NCBI GenBank assembly: GCA_016934575.1
Contig: JAFGSN010000007.1
Coordinates: 528-64,527 of the forward strand
DNA from: Vicinamibacteria bacterium
GTDB taxonomy: Bacteria; Acidobacteriota; Vicinamibacteria; Fen-336
DNA length: 64,000 bases
Direction of reading: 5' to 3'
Under the pieces are notes generated by a model that was not told the DNA's origin, ran no database searches, and saw only the letters and a program-made list of their open reading frames with translations. The position numbers were made by a program, and so were the translations under genes. This document shows positions 9,731 to 21,685 of this stretch, piece after piece (within the stretch, counting starts at the first letter, position 1; every line of letters begins with the position of its first letter).

Positions 9731-10471
9731 CTAGCCCTCGGACTGGATCTCCCGATCGAGAGCGACAAGCGTTTCGATGAACCGCCGCCGATAGTCCGCG
9801 GCAAATGGATTGTCACGCTGAATGTCGAGAAAAAGCTGCGGCGAGTCGTTGAGCAGAGCGCCGGTCAGGCGCGCGAACGCCTCGGGGCCGGGCGTGGCAA
9901 TCGGGTCATTGCCCCAGCCGAGGCGTCCCAGGGTCTGCGCAAGCAAGTGGAAGAGCGCCTGCATGCGCGCCGCTTGTCGATCGTGGTCTTCGGCCGTGGT
10001 TTCGATGATCTCGAGCCCTAGCGACGCCAGATAGCTGCGAATCGAACGAAACGACGTTTCCGCGATTCTCGCGGGACAGAGCACGATCTTGAGGCCCGCG
10101 ATGCCGTTCTTGCCGCTGTCCGGGCCGAAGAGCGGATGAGTGCCGAGGACTTCGACGTAATCGGGCAGCGCCTCCAGCATGATACGCACGGGATGCGTCT
10201 TCACGCTGCACGTATCAACGACGATCTGCTTCGGCCGTAAGAGAGGCGCCATCCGGCGACAGGTTTCCTCCATCGCCGAGATCGCAACCGTCAGGACGAC
10301 GACATCGCAGGAAACGACCTCCTCGAATGATCCTTTCTCGGGCACGCCGGCCAGCTTCTGGGCGTCTCTCGTCCACACGCGCAATGCGCCGTGCTCACGC
10401 AGGTAGTCGTAGGTGAGCTTGCCGAAACGACCCAAGCCGAGCAACCCGATGCTTTTCGTGCCCACGCTCAC
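9731..10471 (-). CDS. tyrA: prephenate/arogenate dehydrogenase
   Basis: 246 aa. Contains the Rossmann motif IGLLGLGRFG, then HPLFGPDSG and the overall TyrA layout. GTG start. Confidence 0.8.
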   Translation of the reverse strand: MSVGTKSIGLLGLGRFGKLTYDYLREHGALRVWTRDAQKLAGVPEKGSFEEVVSCDVVVLTVAISAMEETCRRMAPLLRPKQIVVDTCSVKTHPVRIMLEALPDYVEVLGTHPLFGPDSGKNGIAGLKIVLCPARIAETSFRSIRSYLASLGLEIIETTAEDHDRQAARMQALFHLLAQTLGRLGWGNDPIATPGPEAFARLTGALLNDSPQLFLDIQRDNPFAADYRRRFIETLVALDREIQSEG

Positions 10472-10732
10472 TCCCTGAACCGCGGAATCCGCGTCCCGCG
10501 ACGAATGGCGTCGCGACGCTCGTTTTCGGCCGCCGCGTCGTTCGCGGCGCGCTTGCCGCCGTCGTCTGTCGGCAGGATCACTACGCTCATCGCGAAGCTA
10601 TTCTAGCGTGAAGGGCGCGCCACACGCCCGCCAAACGAGGGCGGCGTATTATCCATTATTCGCACCCTTCCCGAGGTCGCTGCCTAGGATCGCATGGATC
10701 GGACAATAGCGATTCCGACGCTCGGTTTCTTG

Positions 10733-11164
10733 TTATCGGGCCTTCTCCCAGGCGCGCGCTTCACCTGGGACGATCCGAAACAGCGGATGATGCCTTGGCC
10801 TCGTGATCAATCGCCAGCGCCGCGCGACTGCCGGCGCGCGCGCGCGGAGCTTTGCCTGCAAGTGACGCCATTCGGCGTGAATCTGCCCGCGCGTTTCTTG
10901 TATCTTCGGATGATCGTTCCGTCCCCGGATTTTACGGCCGTCGAATCGATAGCCCCGCGAAGCGGCTTCCTCCGCGACGGCGGCGAGATAGGCGTTGATC
11001 GCCGCCATGGGCCGGTGGGCCGACCGGAAGCGCAGAAGCTGGGGATGCGACCTATAGCCCCGCGTACGCCCCGCCAAGACGGCACGCGCGAGGAGCGACT
11101 CGCGCCAGAGAGCGACAAGTCCTCGCGCGTCGAGATATCTCGGATGAATCGTCCAGAGTCGCAT
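10733..11164 (-). CDS. pyrimidine dimer DNA glycosylase family protein
   Basis: MRLWTIHPRYLDARGLVALWRESLLA.. is the characteristic N-terminus of the Pyr_excise/DenV-like family. The start is placed at this internal ATG (11164) rather than the ORF opening at 11242. Confidence 0.7.
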   Translation of the reverse strand: MRLWTIHPRYLDARGLVALWRESLLARAVLAGRTRGYRSHPQLLRFRSAHRPMAAINAYLAAVAEEAASRGYRFDGRKIRGRNDHPKIQETRGQIHAEWRHLQAKLRARAPAVARRWRLITRPRHHPLFRIVPGEARAWEKAR

Positions 11165-11418
11165 GCTCCTTCTCTCGTCAGGCGCCGTCGCCGGCAAGCA
11201 TCCGCCCACGCACGCCTCTCCATGAGGCCATTCCTGACGCAATCGTAGCCGGTCTCATGGGTCCGAACGTGCCGTCACGTGAAGATGAGCGTTTCCACGC
11301 GCCTCCCTTGGTGCTCGTAGGCCGCCCCAATGCTGACGGCGAGCGTTCCGTAGACGACCTCATACGTTCGCGGCGCTCCGGCATGACGATGTCTTCATGC
11401 CGTGATATTCCCGTCGCG

Positions 11419-13692
11419 TCACGGCTTCGGCGCGTCGAGGACCTCCCGCACCTTGTTCGAAATCTCGCTCGGAGTGAACGGCTTGGCCAGGAAGGCGCTC
11501 CCGGGCTCCAGGACGCCGCGGTGAACGACGGCGTTGGCAGTGTAGCCCGACATGAAAAGGACCTTCGTTTCGGGACGCAGCGCTTTCACGGCCTCGGCCA
11601 CCTGCACGCCGTTTCCGCCGCCGGAGATAACGACGTCCGTCAGCAACAGATGGATCGGGCCTTCATGGTCCGTGCATATTTGACGGGCCCGCGCGCCGTC
11701 TTTGGCCGCCAATACTCGATAACCCTGAAGCGTCAAGACCTCCGCAATCAGATTCCGCACCATATCCTGGTCTTCCAGCAACAAGATCGTTTCCGAGGCT
11801 TCCCGGTCCGCCGCCGGTTTCTCCGCGCTTTGCGTCGTTTCGACGGCGCCCTCGATCCGCGGGAGATAGACCTTGAAAGAGGCTCCCTGTCCCAACGCGC
11901 TATAGACTCCGATATGACCGCCGCTCTGACTCACGATGCCATGTGTCGTCGCCAGGCCCAGGCCCGTACCCTTGCCTTTTTCCTTCGTCGTGAAGAACGG
12001 ATCGAAAACACGCGCCAGAGTCCCCTCGTCCATGCCGACGCCGGTATCGGTCACGCTCAATAGAACATACGGCCCGGCCGCGACTCCGGCGTGCTCTCGC
12101 GTATACGCCTCGTCGAGGGTGACGTTGCGCGTTTCGATCGTGAGCGCGCCTCCTCCGGGCATCGCGTCACGAGCATTCACCGCCAGGTTGACGATGACTT
12201 GCTCCAACTGCGCCGCGTCGGCTCGAACGCTTCCCAGATGCGCGTCGCATATGGTCTTCAGATCGACGTCCTCGCCGAGCAAGCGCCGCAGCATGTCCTC
12301 GATGTTGGCGACGATGGCGTTCAGATCGAGGATCTGCGGTTGCAGTATCTGTTGCCGGCTAAACGCCAGTAGTTGCGACGTCAGGCCGGCGGCGCGCCGC
12401 GCGGCCGTCTTGATCTGGTCCGTCACTCGGTAAGAGGAATGGCCTGGATTCAAGTCACAAAGCAGCAGCTCACTGCTGCCGATAATCACCGTCAAAAGAT
12501 TGTTGAAGTCATGAGCGACGCCTCCCGTCAATCGTCCAAGTGCCTCCATCTTCTGCGCCTGGTGGTATTGCGCCTCCAGCCGCTGTTGTTCCGCGCGCAG
12601 GCGCGCGCGAGTCAGAACTCCCGAGACCTGGCTGGCGACGCTCTCGACCAACTTGACCTCCGTATCGGAAAAACGATGCGGCCGAGAAGCGCCCAGCTCC
12701 AACGCGCCCATGATCGTCTCTTGCATCAGAAGGGGAACGGCGAGCAGCGATCCAATCCCGAGAGAGCTGATCCGATCGCTCTGCGACGACACCCGCTCGT
12801 CGGTCGAGATGTCGCTCACGATCAGCGTCTTCCTGTGCCTCAACACGTGCTCGGCCGCGACGACAAGCGCCGTTTCATTCGATGTCGACTCGCCGGAAAC
12901 GAAATGCCGCGCCACGACGACGGCTTTCATCCGCTGGTCATCGAGCAGAACCGCTTCGACGTAGGACACTTCGAGAGCCTCCGCCAGCTCCCGGCAGACG
13001 ACGTCACAAACGCCGCGCTCGTCTCCTTCGCTCACGGAAGCGGCCACCACTCGGTTGAGCAACGTGAGATCGCGATTGCTGCGCTGCAGATCTCTTTCCG
13101 CGCGCCGGCGTTCGCCGATTTCCTCGGTAAGGCTTTTGTTGGCTCGCGCCAGCTCGGCGGTTCTCTCCGCCACACGGCGCTCCAGGTCGGTCTGTGCGTC
13201 CCGCAAGCCGCGCTCGGCCTCCTGGCGAACCGAGATTTCCCGCATGAGCGCCGCGTTTTGCGCGGCCAGCCGCTTTTGCATGGATCGCAGGGCCAGGTGC
13301 GTCCTGACTCGAGCCAGAACCTCGTCGATCTGCACGGGCTTCGTCAGGTAGTCAACCGCTCCGACTTCGAATCCCGTGAGTTTACGTTCGATATCGTTCA
13401 AAGAAGTCATGAATACAACGGGGATGTTCTTCGTACGTTCGGACATTTTCAGCCGACGGCACGTCTCGAAACCGTCCAAATCCGGCATGAGAACGTCCAG
13501 CAGTATGAGGTCGGGTTGCGCGTATTCAGCCTTGTCGATTCCGCCCTGCCCGTCCCTGGCGGTCAGCGTATCGAATCCATGGCTGATCAGGACGTTCGCC
13601 AGGATCTGTAGCGCAGAGATCGAATCATCGATGACGAGGATCGTCTGTTTCTCGTCATTGGCGGGAGTCGGGGAGCTCTTCGTGTCATTCAT
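11419..13692 (-). CDS. hybrid sensor histidine kinase (REC - coiled coil - GAF - HisKA - HATPase_c - REC)
   Basis: N-terminal receiver [22 protein letters not shown]-box [12 protein letters not shown]-box [12 protein letters not shown]-boxes DTGVGM and GTGLGLA. C-terminal receiver [15 protein letters not shown]. Its start ATG overlaps the stop of the upstream 2009-aa gene (ATGA). Confidence 0.9.
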   Translation of the reverse strand: MNDTKSSPTPANDEKQTILVIDDSISALQILANVLISHGFDTLTARDGQGGIDKAEYAQPDLILLDVLMPDLDGFETCRRLKMSERTKNIPVVFMTSLNDIERKLTGFEVGAVDYLTKPVQIDEVLARVRTHLALRSMQKRLAAQNAALMREISVRQEAERGLRDAQTDLERRVAERTAELARANKSLTEEIGERRRAERDLQRSNRDLTLLNRVVAASVSEGDERGVCDVVCRELAEALEVSYVEAVLLDDQRMKAVVVARHFVSGESTSNETALVVAAEHVLRHRKTLIVSDISTDERVSSQSDRISSLGIGSLLAVPLLMQETIMGALELGASRPHRFSDTEVKLVESVASQVSGVLTRARLRAEQQRLEAQYHQAQKMEALGRLTGGVAHDFNNLLTVIIGSSELLLCDLNPGHSSYRVTDQIKTAARRAAGLTSQLLAFSRQQILQPQILDLNAIVANIEDMLRRLLGEDVDLKTICDAHLGSVRADAAQLEQVIVNLAVNARDAMPGGGALTIETRNVTLDEAYTREHAGVAAGPYVLLSVTDTGVGMDEGTLARVFDPFFTTKEKGKGTGLGLATTHGIVSQSGGHIGVYSALGQGASFKVYLPRIEGAVETTQSAEKPAADREASETILLLEDQDMVRNLIAEVLTLQGYRVLAAKDGARARQICTDHEGPIHLLLTDVVISGGGNGVQVAEAVKALRPETKVLFMSGYTANAVVHRGVLEPGSAFLAKPFTPSEISNKVREVLDAPKP

Positions 13693-16600
13693 GAGTTCGA
13701 ACCGGACGACAGCCCGCCGAGCGCCCCGGAATCAATCTCCGTTTCGCGCGCGCGACGCAGCAGAGCGAGGACGCCATTGTCGTCAAAGTTCTTAGCAAGC
13801 GCGCGCAGACGCCGGGCGAAGGGCCCGTGCTCGGATGAGCATGCCTCCAGACGGGCGGCATGCTCCGCAATGGCATACATGTTGCCTCGCCGAGCGAGAT
13901 CGTACAATCGATCCAACTCCCGCCGCGGCGGCGCGACCAGCTCATCCGGATTCTGCGCCGGTGTCTGCGGCGCGGCCGTTACAGGGGCGTGAATCCAGGT
14001 CAGTGATAGATGGTTCCTCAGAAGCGCGAGAAGCGCGTCTAGCCTCACGGGCTTCGACAGGAACGCGTTGCCACCGGCCAGCAGGCTCTTCTCCCGGTCG
14101 CTGTCGAGCGCGCTGGCCGACACCGTGATGATTGGCACGGCCCGTGTGGCGGGATTCTGCCGCAGCTCCACGATCGCTTCGATGCCGTTCATGCCGGGCA
14201 TTGCGCCGTCCATCAAGACGGCGTCCGGAAGACGGGCCCGGGCCGTTTCCACGGCATGGCGGCCGTCGTCGGCGGTGATGACATCGAAGTCCAGGCGAGC
14301 GAGCATCCCCGCCAGTATTCGTCGATCGGCTTCCTCGTCGTCGGCGATTAGTATCGTACGTCTCGGTCCTTCGTAGCCGACTGGCGTTCCATGCGGGATC
14401 CGCTCCTCGCCGATCGAGTCCTCGATCAACGGACAGCGAATCTCGAAGGAAAAAGAGCTGCCCTGGCCCGGCTCGCTTCTCACGCTGATGCGGCCGCCCA
14501 TCAGCTTGACGATCTGTTGGCTGATCGCCAGGCCCAATCCCGTTCCCTCATTCCACTTTTCACTGTCGCCGGCTTGCTCGAACGGTCGAAAAATCAGCTC
14601 CAGCTCGGACGGCGACAGACCCACACCCGTGTCTGATACTGTGAAGCGCAAAGAGGCTTCCCGTCGGTCTTCGAGGGGCTGCCCCGTATCCATTCTTTCC
14701 ACCGTCAGGCCGATTTTTCCTTCATCCGTGAACTTGACGGCGTTGCCGAGCAGGTTGAGGAGCACCTGGCGCAGCTTCTTCTCGTCGGCGACAATGACTC
14801 TCGGCAGCGACGGCGAAGCCGCGTAATCGAGCGCGACGCCCTTGGAATCGGCTCGGCCGCGCATCAGGTTGACGATGCCCGCCAGGGAGTCGGGAAGGCG
14901 TACGCGCCCTGTTTGAAGCTTTTCCTGACCGGACTCCGCCTTGGCCAAGTCGAGCAAATCGTTGATCAATGTCAGGAGATGCTGGCCGCTCTCCTGAATC
15001 ACGCTCAGGCCTTCCAGCAAGCCGGCTTCATGGATCTGTCGTTTCAGAATCTGGGCATAACCTAGAATGCCGTTGAGCGGCGTGCGCAACTCGTGGCTCA
15101 TGTTGGCAAGGAAGATGCTCTTGGCGCGGTTGGCCGCCTCGGCTCTTTCTTTGGCCTCGGCCAACTCGGCCGTCCGGCGGTTCACGAGGCTTTCCAGTTT
15201 GTCGTACATCAGAGCGTTCTCTATCGAGATCGCCATCTGTCCGGACAGCAACTGCAGCAGCTCAAGCCGGGCCTCGGTGAACGCACCGGCCGTCAGATTA
15301 TTCTCCATATAGAGCAGAAGCTTCATCTGCCCCTTGCGCCAGACGGGCAGGCACAGCAGCGACTTCACTCCGCGCGAGTGCAAGTAGGCGTCGGTCATGA
15401 ACCTCGGATCCTCGGCCGCGTCGCTCAACACGACGGCCTTGCCCGAGTGGATGACGTAGTTGAAAACGGCGAGCGACAGCAAACCGGATTCCAGCGCCGA
15501 AACATGCAATCCCGCTTCGATGTCGCGGCTGTCGGACCGTCCCGCGCCGATAATGAACCAGCCGGCTTCATCGTCATGGAGGACCAGCGCGCGTTCCGCT
15601 CCCGCGTTTTCCAGGACCACCCGGATCATGGTCGCGAGCAGATCGGTGAGTTGCACGGTTTCGGACAGCGTCTGGTTGGATTTCAAAAGAGCGGCGACGT
15701 CCATGCGACTCTCGGACGCGGTTGTCCACGCGAGCGGCCGGCGATCGCGGTCTCGATCTTCAGGGCCGCCGGCGATCGCGGAACGGGTGACCGGTTGGTC
15801 GAACCCGGCCGCGATTTCTTCCTCAAGCCGCCGGACTTTCGGCGCAGCGCCCCATTGACGATAGCGATCAAGCGCCGTTTGTAGATGCATCCTGGCCACG
15901 TCGTCGTTTCCTTGTATCAGCCAGAAACGTCCGCAAAGCTCATGCGACAGGGCTTCCTCTTGCAGGAAGCCCTGCTCTCTCGCCCCTTGAATGGCTTCTC
16001 GATAAAGCGTCACCGCTTTCCAACACTGTCCTTCCAGACGGGCGCGCTCGGCCAGCATGAGATCCTTCTTATGCTGATGGTTCATCGGCGCGAAACGCGC
16101 CCAGATCTCAAGCGCTTGGAGATCCGCGTCGATTCGCTCCAGCATGCCGGTCTGCATCGCGGGCGTGGACTCGGAATACGCGGCCGCGTTCGCCAGGGCG
16201 TCATAGAAATGGAAGAGCGGAATCACATACAGACCGACGCCATATGCGATATAGACTTCGGCCTCGCGGAAGAGCCGGACCGAATCCTGATGGCGACCGA
16301 ACATGTAATGCAGCCAGGCCCTATAGAACTGAATGCGAAAGACCTCGGCGTAATCCTTGTACTCCAGAGACAGCGCCAGCATGTCCTGCTCTCGATAGGC
16401 GTTGCCGTCGAGCAACCAGGGACGCTCGCCTTGCCCCAGCAGATTGAGGCAGGCCTGATGGATCAGCCGGCACCAGTCGCGTAACCGGTCCATGCGCACC
16501 CGCTGACACGTCTCCACGGCCTGTCGCGCGACGGCTTCCACCCGCCCCAACGAAGTCCCGAGGAAGAGCTGATGCCAGGCATGCCACCAGACGCAGAATC

Positions 16601-19600
16601 CGACGAATTCAAAAACGCCCGCCGTCAAGCCTTCCCGGACGCCTTCTTCTAGCAAAGGCAGCGTCCGTCTGAGGTGATCATAACGATGCACGACGAAGCC
16701 GCCGATGCCCGTGTTCATTGACGGGATGAAGCGCGCCGTACGGAATCTCTCCTTGAAAATCCGCCGAGTCGCGTCAGTCAACAGGCGGGCCTTCGGCACG
16801 TCGTGCAAGGCCGCGCACAGCAGCAGCGCGAATGTCGCCAGCGTCACCGGCGCGCATGCCGCAAGTCCTTGTTCGAGACACAGTCGCGTGATACGGGACA
16901 CGAATACCAGGCACAACTCGGCGTTCGTGCCGTAAACCGGCCCGTTGATCATGACGGCGACTTCCAGGATCGATCCAAGCTCGGGCGGACCGTCCGGAAT
17001 CTCGGGAATTTTCCGGATGCGGTCCTCGGTCAGCCAGGCCGCCGTCTCCTGCAGATAGGCGAACGCTTCCTCGCGCGATGCGGAGCGATTGACCGACACG
17101 CCCATGCCTTCGATGAAGCCGAGGCCCAGATCGATGGCCTCGACGTATCGCGCCTGCGAAAGAAGGCCGCCGATCTTGGCCAGCACCACCTCGGAGGTGT
17201 CGGCGATCGTACGTGCATGGGCTTCCACGGTCGCGCAGACAGACGCCAGACGGTCATACTCTCCAGTCAGCGACAGACACGTGGCGAGCCTCGAAAGCGA
17301 TCTCAACATCCAGGAGTATTGCGAAGCCCAGGCGCCTTCGGGCGGAAGAGCCAGGGCCGTGTCCAGGTAGGCCACGGCCGACTGATACGCCGCCGCGCGA
17401 TAGGCGGCTTCCGCGGCATGGACGTTCAACTCGGCGAGCTCCCGGCGTCGATTCGGATCGTTGATGAGGTCGATCGCCTGGTTGTGATGCTGCGCGATGT
17501 CGAACACGCGCCGATCAATATCCGCCGCGGGCGTATCGCCGAGCAACACGCCGCCGATCTCCAGATGGAGACTCCGGCGCTCCGGCAAGGGGATTCGAGC
17601 ATAGGCCGCTTGCCGCACACGGTCGTGCGGGAAGGACAGACGCGTATCAACAAGGCCCTCGGTGCGCGCGCGCTCGCCATTGAGGCGAACCAACAAGCCC
17701 TCGCGTAAAGCCTCTGACAGATCAGCGAACGTGTCCGACTCGCTCGCATGACCGATGAGCGCCAGCGTGCGCAAATCGAACTCGCTCCCGATGCACGCGG
17801 CGAGGCTCAACCAGCGACCCGCTTTCGGCGAGAGTTTCTCGATCTTGGCGCTCATGAGATCGATCACGTCTTGCGTCATGCTTCGAGACTGGATCTCCGC
17901 CAAGTTCCAGGTCCAGCGCCGGTTCCCAAAATCGAAGCGCAGTTGATCCTCTTCGTACAGATTCTGCAGCAACTGCCGGGCGAACAAGGCATTGCCGAAT
18001 GTTCGGGCGTGCACCATATCGGCCAGGGCCCGACAGTCTTCGCAAGCGCAGAAAACGCTGTCCTGCACCAGAGCCCGCACGTCCGTTGCGCAAAGATCGG
18101 CCAGCTTGACGGTCTGCATGGGCAAACCGGCCGCCGCGAGGGCCGCCAATGTCGCTCTCAACGGATGCTTCGCTTCCACCTCGTTGTCGCGATAGGCGCC
18201 GATCAGCAACAAGTGCGTCGTGGCGTGATCGGTCAGGAGCGTCTCCATCAGTTTCAGGGACGCCGAGTCCGCCCATTGCAGGTCGTCGAGGAACACGACC
18301 AACGGATGCTCGTCCGTGCCAATGCAGCGCAGGAAGTTACGGAAAGTCATGTGAAATCGGTTGCGGTTTTCCTGGCCGCTGAGCGGCGCGACAGCGCCCT
18401 GCCGTCCGATGACGTGTTCCAGCTCGGGAATCAATTCGATCAGCACCGCTCCGTTGTCGCCCACGGCCGCAATCACCTTGTCCCGCCAGCTCGCCAGAAC
18501 CGGTTCCGTTTCCGCGAGAAGGACGTCGATAAGGCGGCTGAAGGCATGCGTGAAGGCGAGGTAGGGCGTGTTCTGCTGATACTGATCGAACTTGCCCCTG
18601 GCGAAGTAACCGCCTTTCTCCATGATCGGCTTCTGCGCCTCCGCCACGAGCGCCGACTTGCCGACGCCCGCGCCGCCAGCAATGAGCAGCAGCTCGCGGC
18701 TCCCGGCGGCTGCTCGACCGAACGCGTCTTGAAGGATGTCCAGCTCGGCGGATCGCCCGTAGAGCTTCTGTGGAAGCTGAAGCCGACCGAAGTAGTCCTC
18801 CTGACCCAAGGAAAAGCCTCGAACCGCGACAGCCGTCGAATCCTGCTCCTGCGTATAGGAGAGACTGCGTTTGAGGTCGGCCTGCAATCCAAACGCGGAC
18901 TGGTAACGATCGTCCGGATTTTTGGCCAACAGCTTGAGCACGATATCGGAAAGAACCTGCGGCACGGCCGGATTGGCGATCGTCGCCGGTTGAGGCATCC
19001 TGGCGATATGGGCGTGCACCAGTGCGACGGGATCATCGCTTTCGAATGGCGGCCGGCCGCTCAACATCTCATACAAAGTGATGCCCAGCGAGTACAGATC
19101 GGCCCGGTGATCAACGCCGCGGCTGACTCTCCCGGTCTGCTCCGGCGACAAATAGGAAAGCGTTCCCTCCCAGGATTCGGGGACGGCGCCAGCCGGCGCC
19201 AACCGACTCAAGCGCGCGGCCAGGCCGAAGTCGATCAGCTTGAGATCGCCGGTCTCGAGGTTGAACGCGATGTTGGACGGATTGACGTCCCGATGGATGA
19301 TTTCGGCGGCGTGGATCTGTCCCAGGGCAGTCGCGGCCCGGACGGCCAGATCGATGAACAGCGGCAACGGAAAGGCGGGATCGCCGGCACGCCTCCATTT
19401 CTCCAGCCAACGGTTCAGGGATGATCCGCCGAAGTCTTCCAAGACGAGAATGAGGCCGCCGTCGTGGTTTTCAAGATCATGGACGCCGGTCACGCCGGAA
19501 GCGTTCAGTTGACGCAAGACTTCATATTCGTTCCGATAACGCGCCAGATTCTCCGGCGTTGCCTGATCCGGCGCGAGCATCTTGAGCATCACCGGACATT

Positions 19601-19718
19601 GATCCAGCTTGCGAATCGCTCGCCAGACGATCGTTCTGGCGCTCTCATACACCAGCTCGACGACTTGATAGCCGGGGACGTCGAGACCTGGCGTCGATCG
19701 TCCGGCGGACGTTCTCAT
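13689..19718 (-). CDS. multidomain Ser/Thr protein kinase - AAA/STAND-like NTPase - helical repeats - GAF - histidine kinase - receiver
   Basis: 2009 aa. Hanks kinase motifs [12 protein letters not shown] and SPEQ. Walker A GGAGVGKS with Walker [13 protein letters not shown] long TPR-like helical region. H-box [13 protein letters not shown]. HATPase DTGVGL and GTGLGLAI. Receiver [20 protein letters not shown]. Confidence 0.9.
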   Translation of the reverse strand: MRTSAGRSTPGLDVPGYQVVELVYESARTIVWRAIRKLDQCPVMLKMLAPDQATPENLARYRNEYEVLRQLNASGVTGVHDLENHDGGLILVLEDFGGSSLNRWLEKWRRAGDPAFPLPLFIDLAVRAATALGQIHAAEIIHRDVNPSNIAFNLETGDLKLIDFGLAARLSRLAPAGAVPESWEGTLSYLSPEQTGRVSRGVDHRADLYSLGITLYEMLSGRPPFESDDPVALVHAHIARMPQPATIANPAVPQVLSDIVLKLLAKNPDDRYQSAFGLQADLKRSLSYTQEQDSTAVAVRGFSLGQEDYFGRLQLPQKLYGRSAELDILQDAFGRAAAGSRELLLIAGGAGVGKSALVAEAQKPIMEKGGYFARGKFDQYQQNTPYLAFTHAFSRLIDVLLAETEPVLASWRDKVIAAVGDNGAVLIELIPELEHVIGRQGAVAPLSGQENRNRFHMTFRNFLRCIGTDEHPLVVFLDDLQWADSASLKLMETLLTDHATTHLLLIGAYRDNEVEAKHPLRATLAALAAAGLPMQTVKLADLCATDVRALVQDSVFCACEDCRALADMVHARTFGNALFARQLLQNLYEEDQLRFDFGNRRWTWNLAEIQSRSMTQDVIDLMSAKIEKLSPKAGRWLSLAACIGSEFDLRTLALIGHASESDTFADLSEALREGLLVRLNGERARTEGLVDTRLSFPHDRVRQAAYARIPLPERRSLHLEIGGVLLGDTPAADIDRRVFDIAQHHNQAIDLINDPNRRRELAELNVHAAEAAYRAAAYQSAVAYLDTALALPPEGAWASQYSWMLRSLSRLATCLSLTGEYDRLASVCATVEAHARTIADTSEVVLAKIGGLLSQARYVEAIDLGLGFIEGMGVSVNRSASREEAFAYLQETAAWLTEDRIRKIPEIPDGPPELGSILEVAVMINGPVYGTNAELCLVFVSRITRLCLEQGLAACAPVTLATFALLLCAALHDVPKARLLTDATRRIFKERFRTARFIPSMNTGIGGFVVHRYDHLRRTLPLLEEGVREGLTAGVFEFVGFCVWWHAWHQLFLGTSLGRVEAVARQAVETCQRVRMDRLRDWCRLIHQACLNLLGQGERPWLLDGNAYREQDMLALSLEYKDYAEVFRIQFYRAWLHYMFGRHQDSVRLFREAEVYIAYGVGLYVIPLFHFYDALANAAAYSESTPAMQTGMLERIDADLQALEIWARFAPMNHQHKKDLMLAERARLEGQCWKAVTLYREAIQGAREQGFLQEEALSHELCGRFWLIQGNDDVARMHLQTALDRYRQWGAAPKVRRLEEEIAAGFDQPVTRSAIAGGPEDRDRDRRPLAWTTASESRMDVAALLKSNQTLSETVQLTDLLATMIRVVLENAGAERALVLHDDEAGWFIIGAGRSDSRDIEAGLHVSALESGLLSLAVFNYVIHSGKAVVLSDAAEDPRFMTDAYLHSRGVKSLLCLPVWRKGQMKLLLYMENNLTAGAFTEARLELLQLLSGQMAISIENALMYDKLESLVNRRTAELAEAKERAEAANRAKSIFLANMSHELRTPLNGILGYAQILKRQIHEAGLLEGLSVIQESGQHLLTLINDLLDLAKAESGQEKLQTGRVRLPDSLAGIVNLMRGRADSKGVALDYAASPSLPRVIVADEKKLRQVLLNLLGNAVKFTDEGKIGLTVERMDTGQPLEDRREASLRFTVSDTGVGLSPSELELIFRPFEQAGDSEKWNEGTGLGLAISQQIVKLMGGRISVRSEPGQGSSFSFEIRCPLIEDSIGEERIPHGTPVGYEGPRRTILIADDEEADRRILAGMLARLDFDVITADDGRHAVETARARLPDAVLMDGAMPGMNGIEAIVELRQNPATRAVPIITVSASALDSDREKSLLAGGNAFLSKPVRLDALLALLRNHLSLTWIHAPVTAAPQTPAQNPDELVAPPRRELDRLYDLARRGNMYAIAEHAARLEACSSEHGPFARRLRALAKNFDDNGVLALLRRARETEIDSGALGGLSSGSNS

Positions 19719-19866
19719 GGACCGCTCTCGAAGCCGCGTGTCGCGTTCAATGCGCTTCGTCCGATGTCGTCGACGGCGATTGGCTGATTCTCTCTATTCG
19801 GCGCCAGCCGAGGCCGAGCATGACAATCGGCATCACGTCTTGCCCGCTTGATCGGTGTCTTGAACC

Positions 19867-19895
19867 AAGCTACTCCCTTGGCCAGGATGTGTCAA
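19867..19895 (-). promoter_or_regulatory. possible sigma70-type promoter for the kinase operon
   Basis: On the minus strand: TTGACA (19895-19890), a 17-nt spacer, then TAGCTT (19872-19867). It is intergenic, about 150 nt upstream of the 2009-aa gene start. Confidence 0.35.
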
Positions 19896-20050
19896 TTCGT
19901 GCCCGATAGACCGATAGACGTCGCCTCTGCCCGTAGATGTGGAACGTGACGACCTGTCGCGCGACCCGTCACGCGACGGCCATCAACACGGCCGGACACG
20001 TCGGATTCGGTTGCCGGTGCTGGCGCAAACTCGCTCGGATCAGAGCGCCG

Positions 20051-21685
20051 CTACTCGGATGCTCGAACACGTCGCATGACACCTGCCGCCTGGAACACCG
20101 CCATGCCCATCCCGACGACAAGCACGAGAAACCCGATGATCGCGCCCGCCCAGGGAAGGTTGACCGCGACACGGAGAATCAAAAGCCCCAGCAGCAGGGC
20201 GAGCAAGAACGAACGCCCATTGCCGTCGCCGGAACGTAGCAGAGACCGTCCGACAAGAGCCGCCACGAAAATGGAAGCCATATACATCGTCGCCAGCCAA
20301 GCCGCCAGCGCCAGCAGCGCCATCGGTAGTCCGATGAGCGTCATCCCGGAAAGCAGGGCCGCCAAGGGAACGGCGATCAACGTCACGAAACCGACGCCGC
20401 TGCTGCGTAACAAGGACGCGCCGCTCTGTGGCTTTGGCATGAACAAGCCGGGCGCCAGCCAGAAGAGCACGGCGCCCGTCAAGCAAGCCGCGACCAGGCG
20501 AACGAGTTGCCAGACGTAGAAACGCGAGTGGGCATAACGGCTGGTCGAGAAGCGCGGGCGCTTCTCGTTGATCTCAACTCGACCTCGTACGCCACGCTCC
20601 TCTGTCGCGTCCGCCGTCTCGATTGCGACGGTGCGCTTGTCCTTCACGTCAGCCGTGACGTCACCGCCCACGTATCCGGTCGCGGCGATGAGAATGCGCT
20701 CGCCTTTGAAACGCAGGTTTCTCCCGACGCGCCCCGGAACCTCGACCCAGCGTCCAAAGACGCGCGCATCGCCGTCGACGCGACCCTCGATCTTGGCGCC
20801 GTCCGTGAAAACGTAAATATCGCGCGCCACGCTGCTGCCGGACGCGATTCCAACCCGTTTGGCCATGGAGTGCACGTTTCTCCGCACCTCGCCACGCAGG
20901 CTCAGAAACTCGGTGAGAGAGTAGATGTCGCCCGTGACCTCGCCGTCCACATCGAGCTCCTTGGCGGCGCAGATCAAGGAACCGCCGACGGCGCCCGTCA
21001 CTCGAATGCGCTCGCCGGCGGCGATGACGTCGCCCTTGACGTTGCCGTCGATGAATGCCGTCTCGCCGGCTATGAATAACGTGTCGTCGATGGTCTCGTC
21101 CGCCGGGACGATCGCGATGCCGTTCGCGCTTTTCGGAAAGCGCGTCACGGTGGCCGACGCGGCGGAAGGCAGCATGAACGCCAGCACGATCACGCCGGCC
21201 AGCATGACAGCGGGGCGCCGGCGCAAGACGCGACCGCAACCGAGGGCGAAGATGACGATCGAAGCGATACTCACGCTCTGAAAGAACATGGCGACTCCTC
21301 CTTGTGGAAAACCGACAAGAACTCTTGGAATCAGGCTCAGGTGAAGCCACGGATTGGTCGGATCCAGCCATCTCAACGCAAACGGCAGGCGCAGTTGAGA
21401 CAGCTCGGCGAAAAACGCGTGCATGCCCAACGCGGAGACGGCTACGGCCGCGAGAATCCACGCGAGATGCGACGGCGCGATCGCCGCGGGCCGGCGCACG
21501 ACGCCTTTCGCCGGCTCGGGCAAGCGAAGAACCCGCGCAATCGTCGCGGATTCTTCCCGCAGGCCGGCCACCAGTCTTCTGCAGGATTCGCAGCGCGCAA
21601 GATGAGATTCGACGCGCCGCGTCGCTTCGGGATCCAGCTCGCCGTCCGCGTAGATCGAGTAGACCAGCTCGGATTCACAGACCAT
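20051..21685 (-). CDS. anti-sigma factor (zf-HC2) with bactofilin-like repeat domain and polytopic C-terminus
   Basis: The N-terminus YADGELDPEATRRVESHLARCESCRRL is a zf-HC2 anti-sigma motif. This is followed by TM segments, then about 200 aa of repeating V/I-x-G-D/N-V units (IDGNVKGDVIAAGERIRVTGAVGGSL..). About 5 C-terminal TM helices follow. It overlaps the sigma gene stop by 11 nt. Confidence 0.75.
   Translation of the reverse strand: MVCESELVYSIYADGELDPEATRRVESHLARCESCRRLVAGLREESATIARVLRLPEPAKGVVRRPAAIAPSHLAWILAAVAVSALGMHAFFAELSQLRLPFALRWLDPTNPWLHLSLIPRVLVGFPQGGVAMFFQSVSIASIVIFALGCGRVLRRRPAVMLAGVIVLAFMLPSAASATVTRFPKSANGIAIVPADETIDDTLFIAGETAFIDGNVKGDVIAAGERIRVTGAVGGSLICAAKELDVDGEVTGDIYSLTEFLSLRGEVRRNVHSMAKRVGIASGSSVARDIYVFTDGAKIEGRVDGDARVFGRWVEVPGRVGRNLRFKGERILIAATGYVGGDVTADVKDKRTVAIETADATEERGVRGRVEINEKRPRFSTSRYAHSRFYVWQLVRLVAACLTGAVLFWLAPGLFMPKPQSGASLLRSSGVGFVTLIAVPLAALLSGMTLIGLPMALLALAAWLATMYMASIFVAALVGRSLLRSGDGNGRSFLLALLLGLLILRVAVNLPWAGAIIGFLVLVVGMGMAVFQAAGVMRRVRASE

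Noticed and set aside
12373-19424. Long plus-strand ORFs (12373..13611, 15093..15884, 16803..17708, 17748..19424) inside the kinase operon
   Set aside because: All are antisense to genes with unambiguous kinase, HATPase and receiver motifs. None has a recognisable motif of its own, and all have an Arg-rich composition.
13689-19718. The 2009-aa NTPase/TPR protein as an antiviral STAND (Avs-like) defence gene
   Set aside because: It has a STAND-like core. However, it is fused to GAF, HisKA, HATPase and REC domains and is translationally coupled to another two-component protein. There is no nuclease or other effector, and no mobile or defence neighbours. A signalling role is far more likely.
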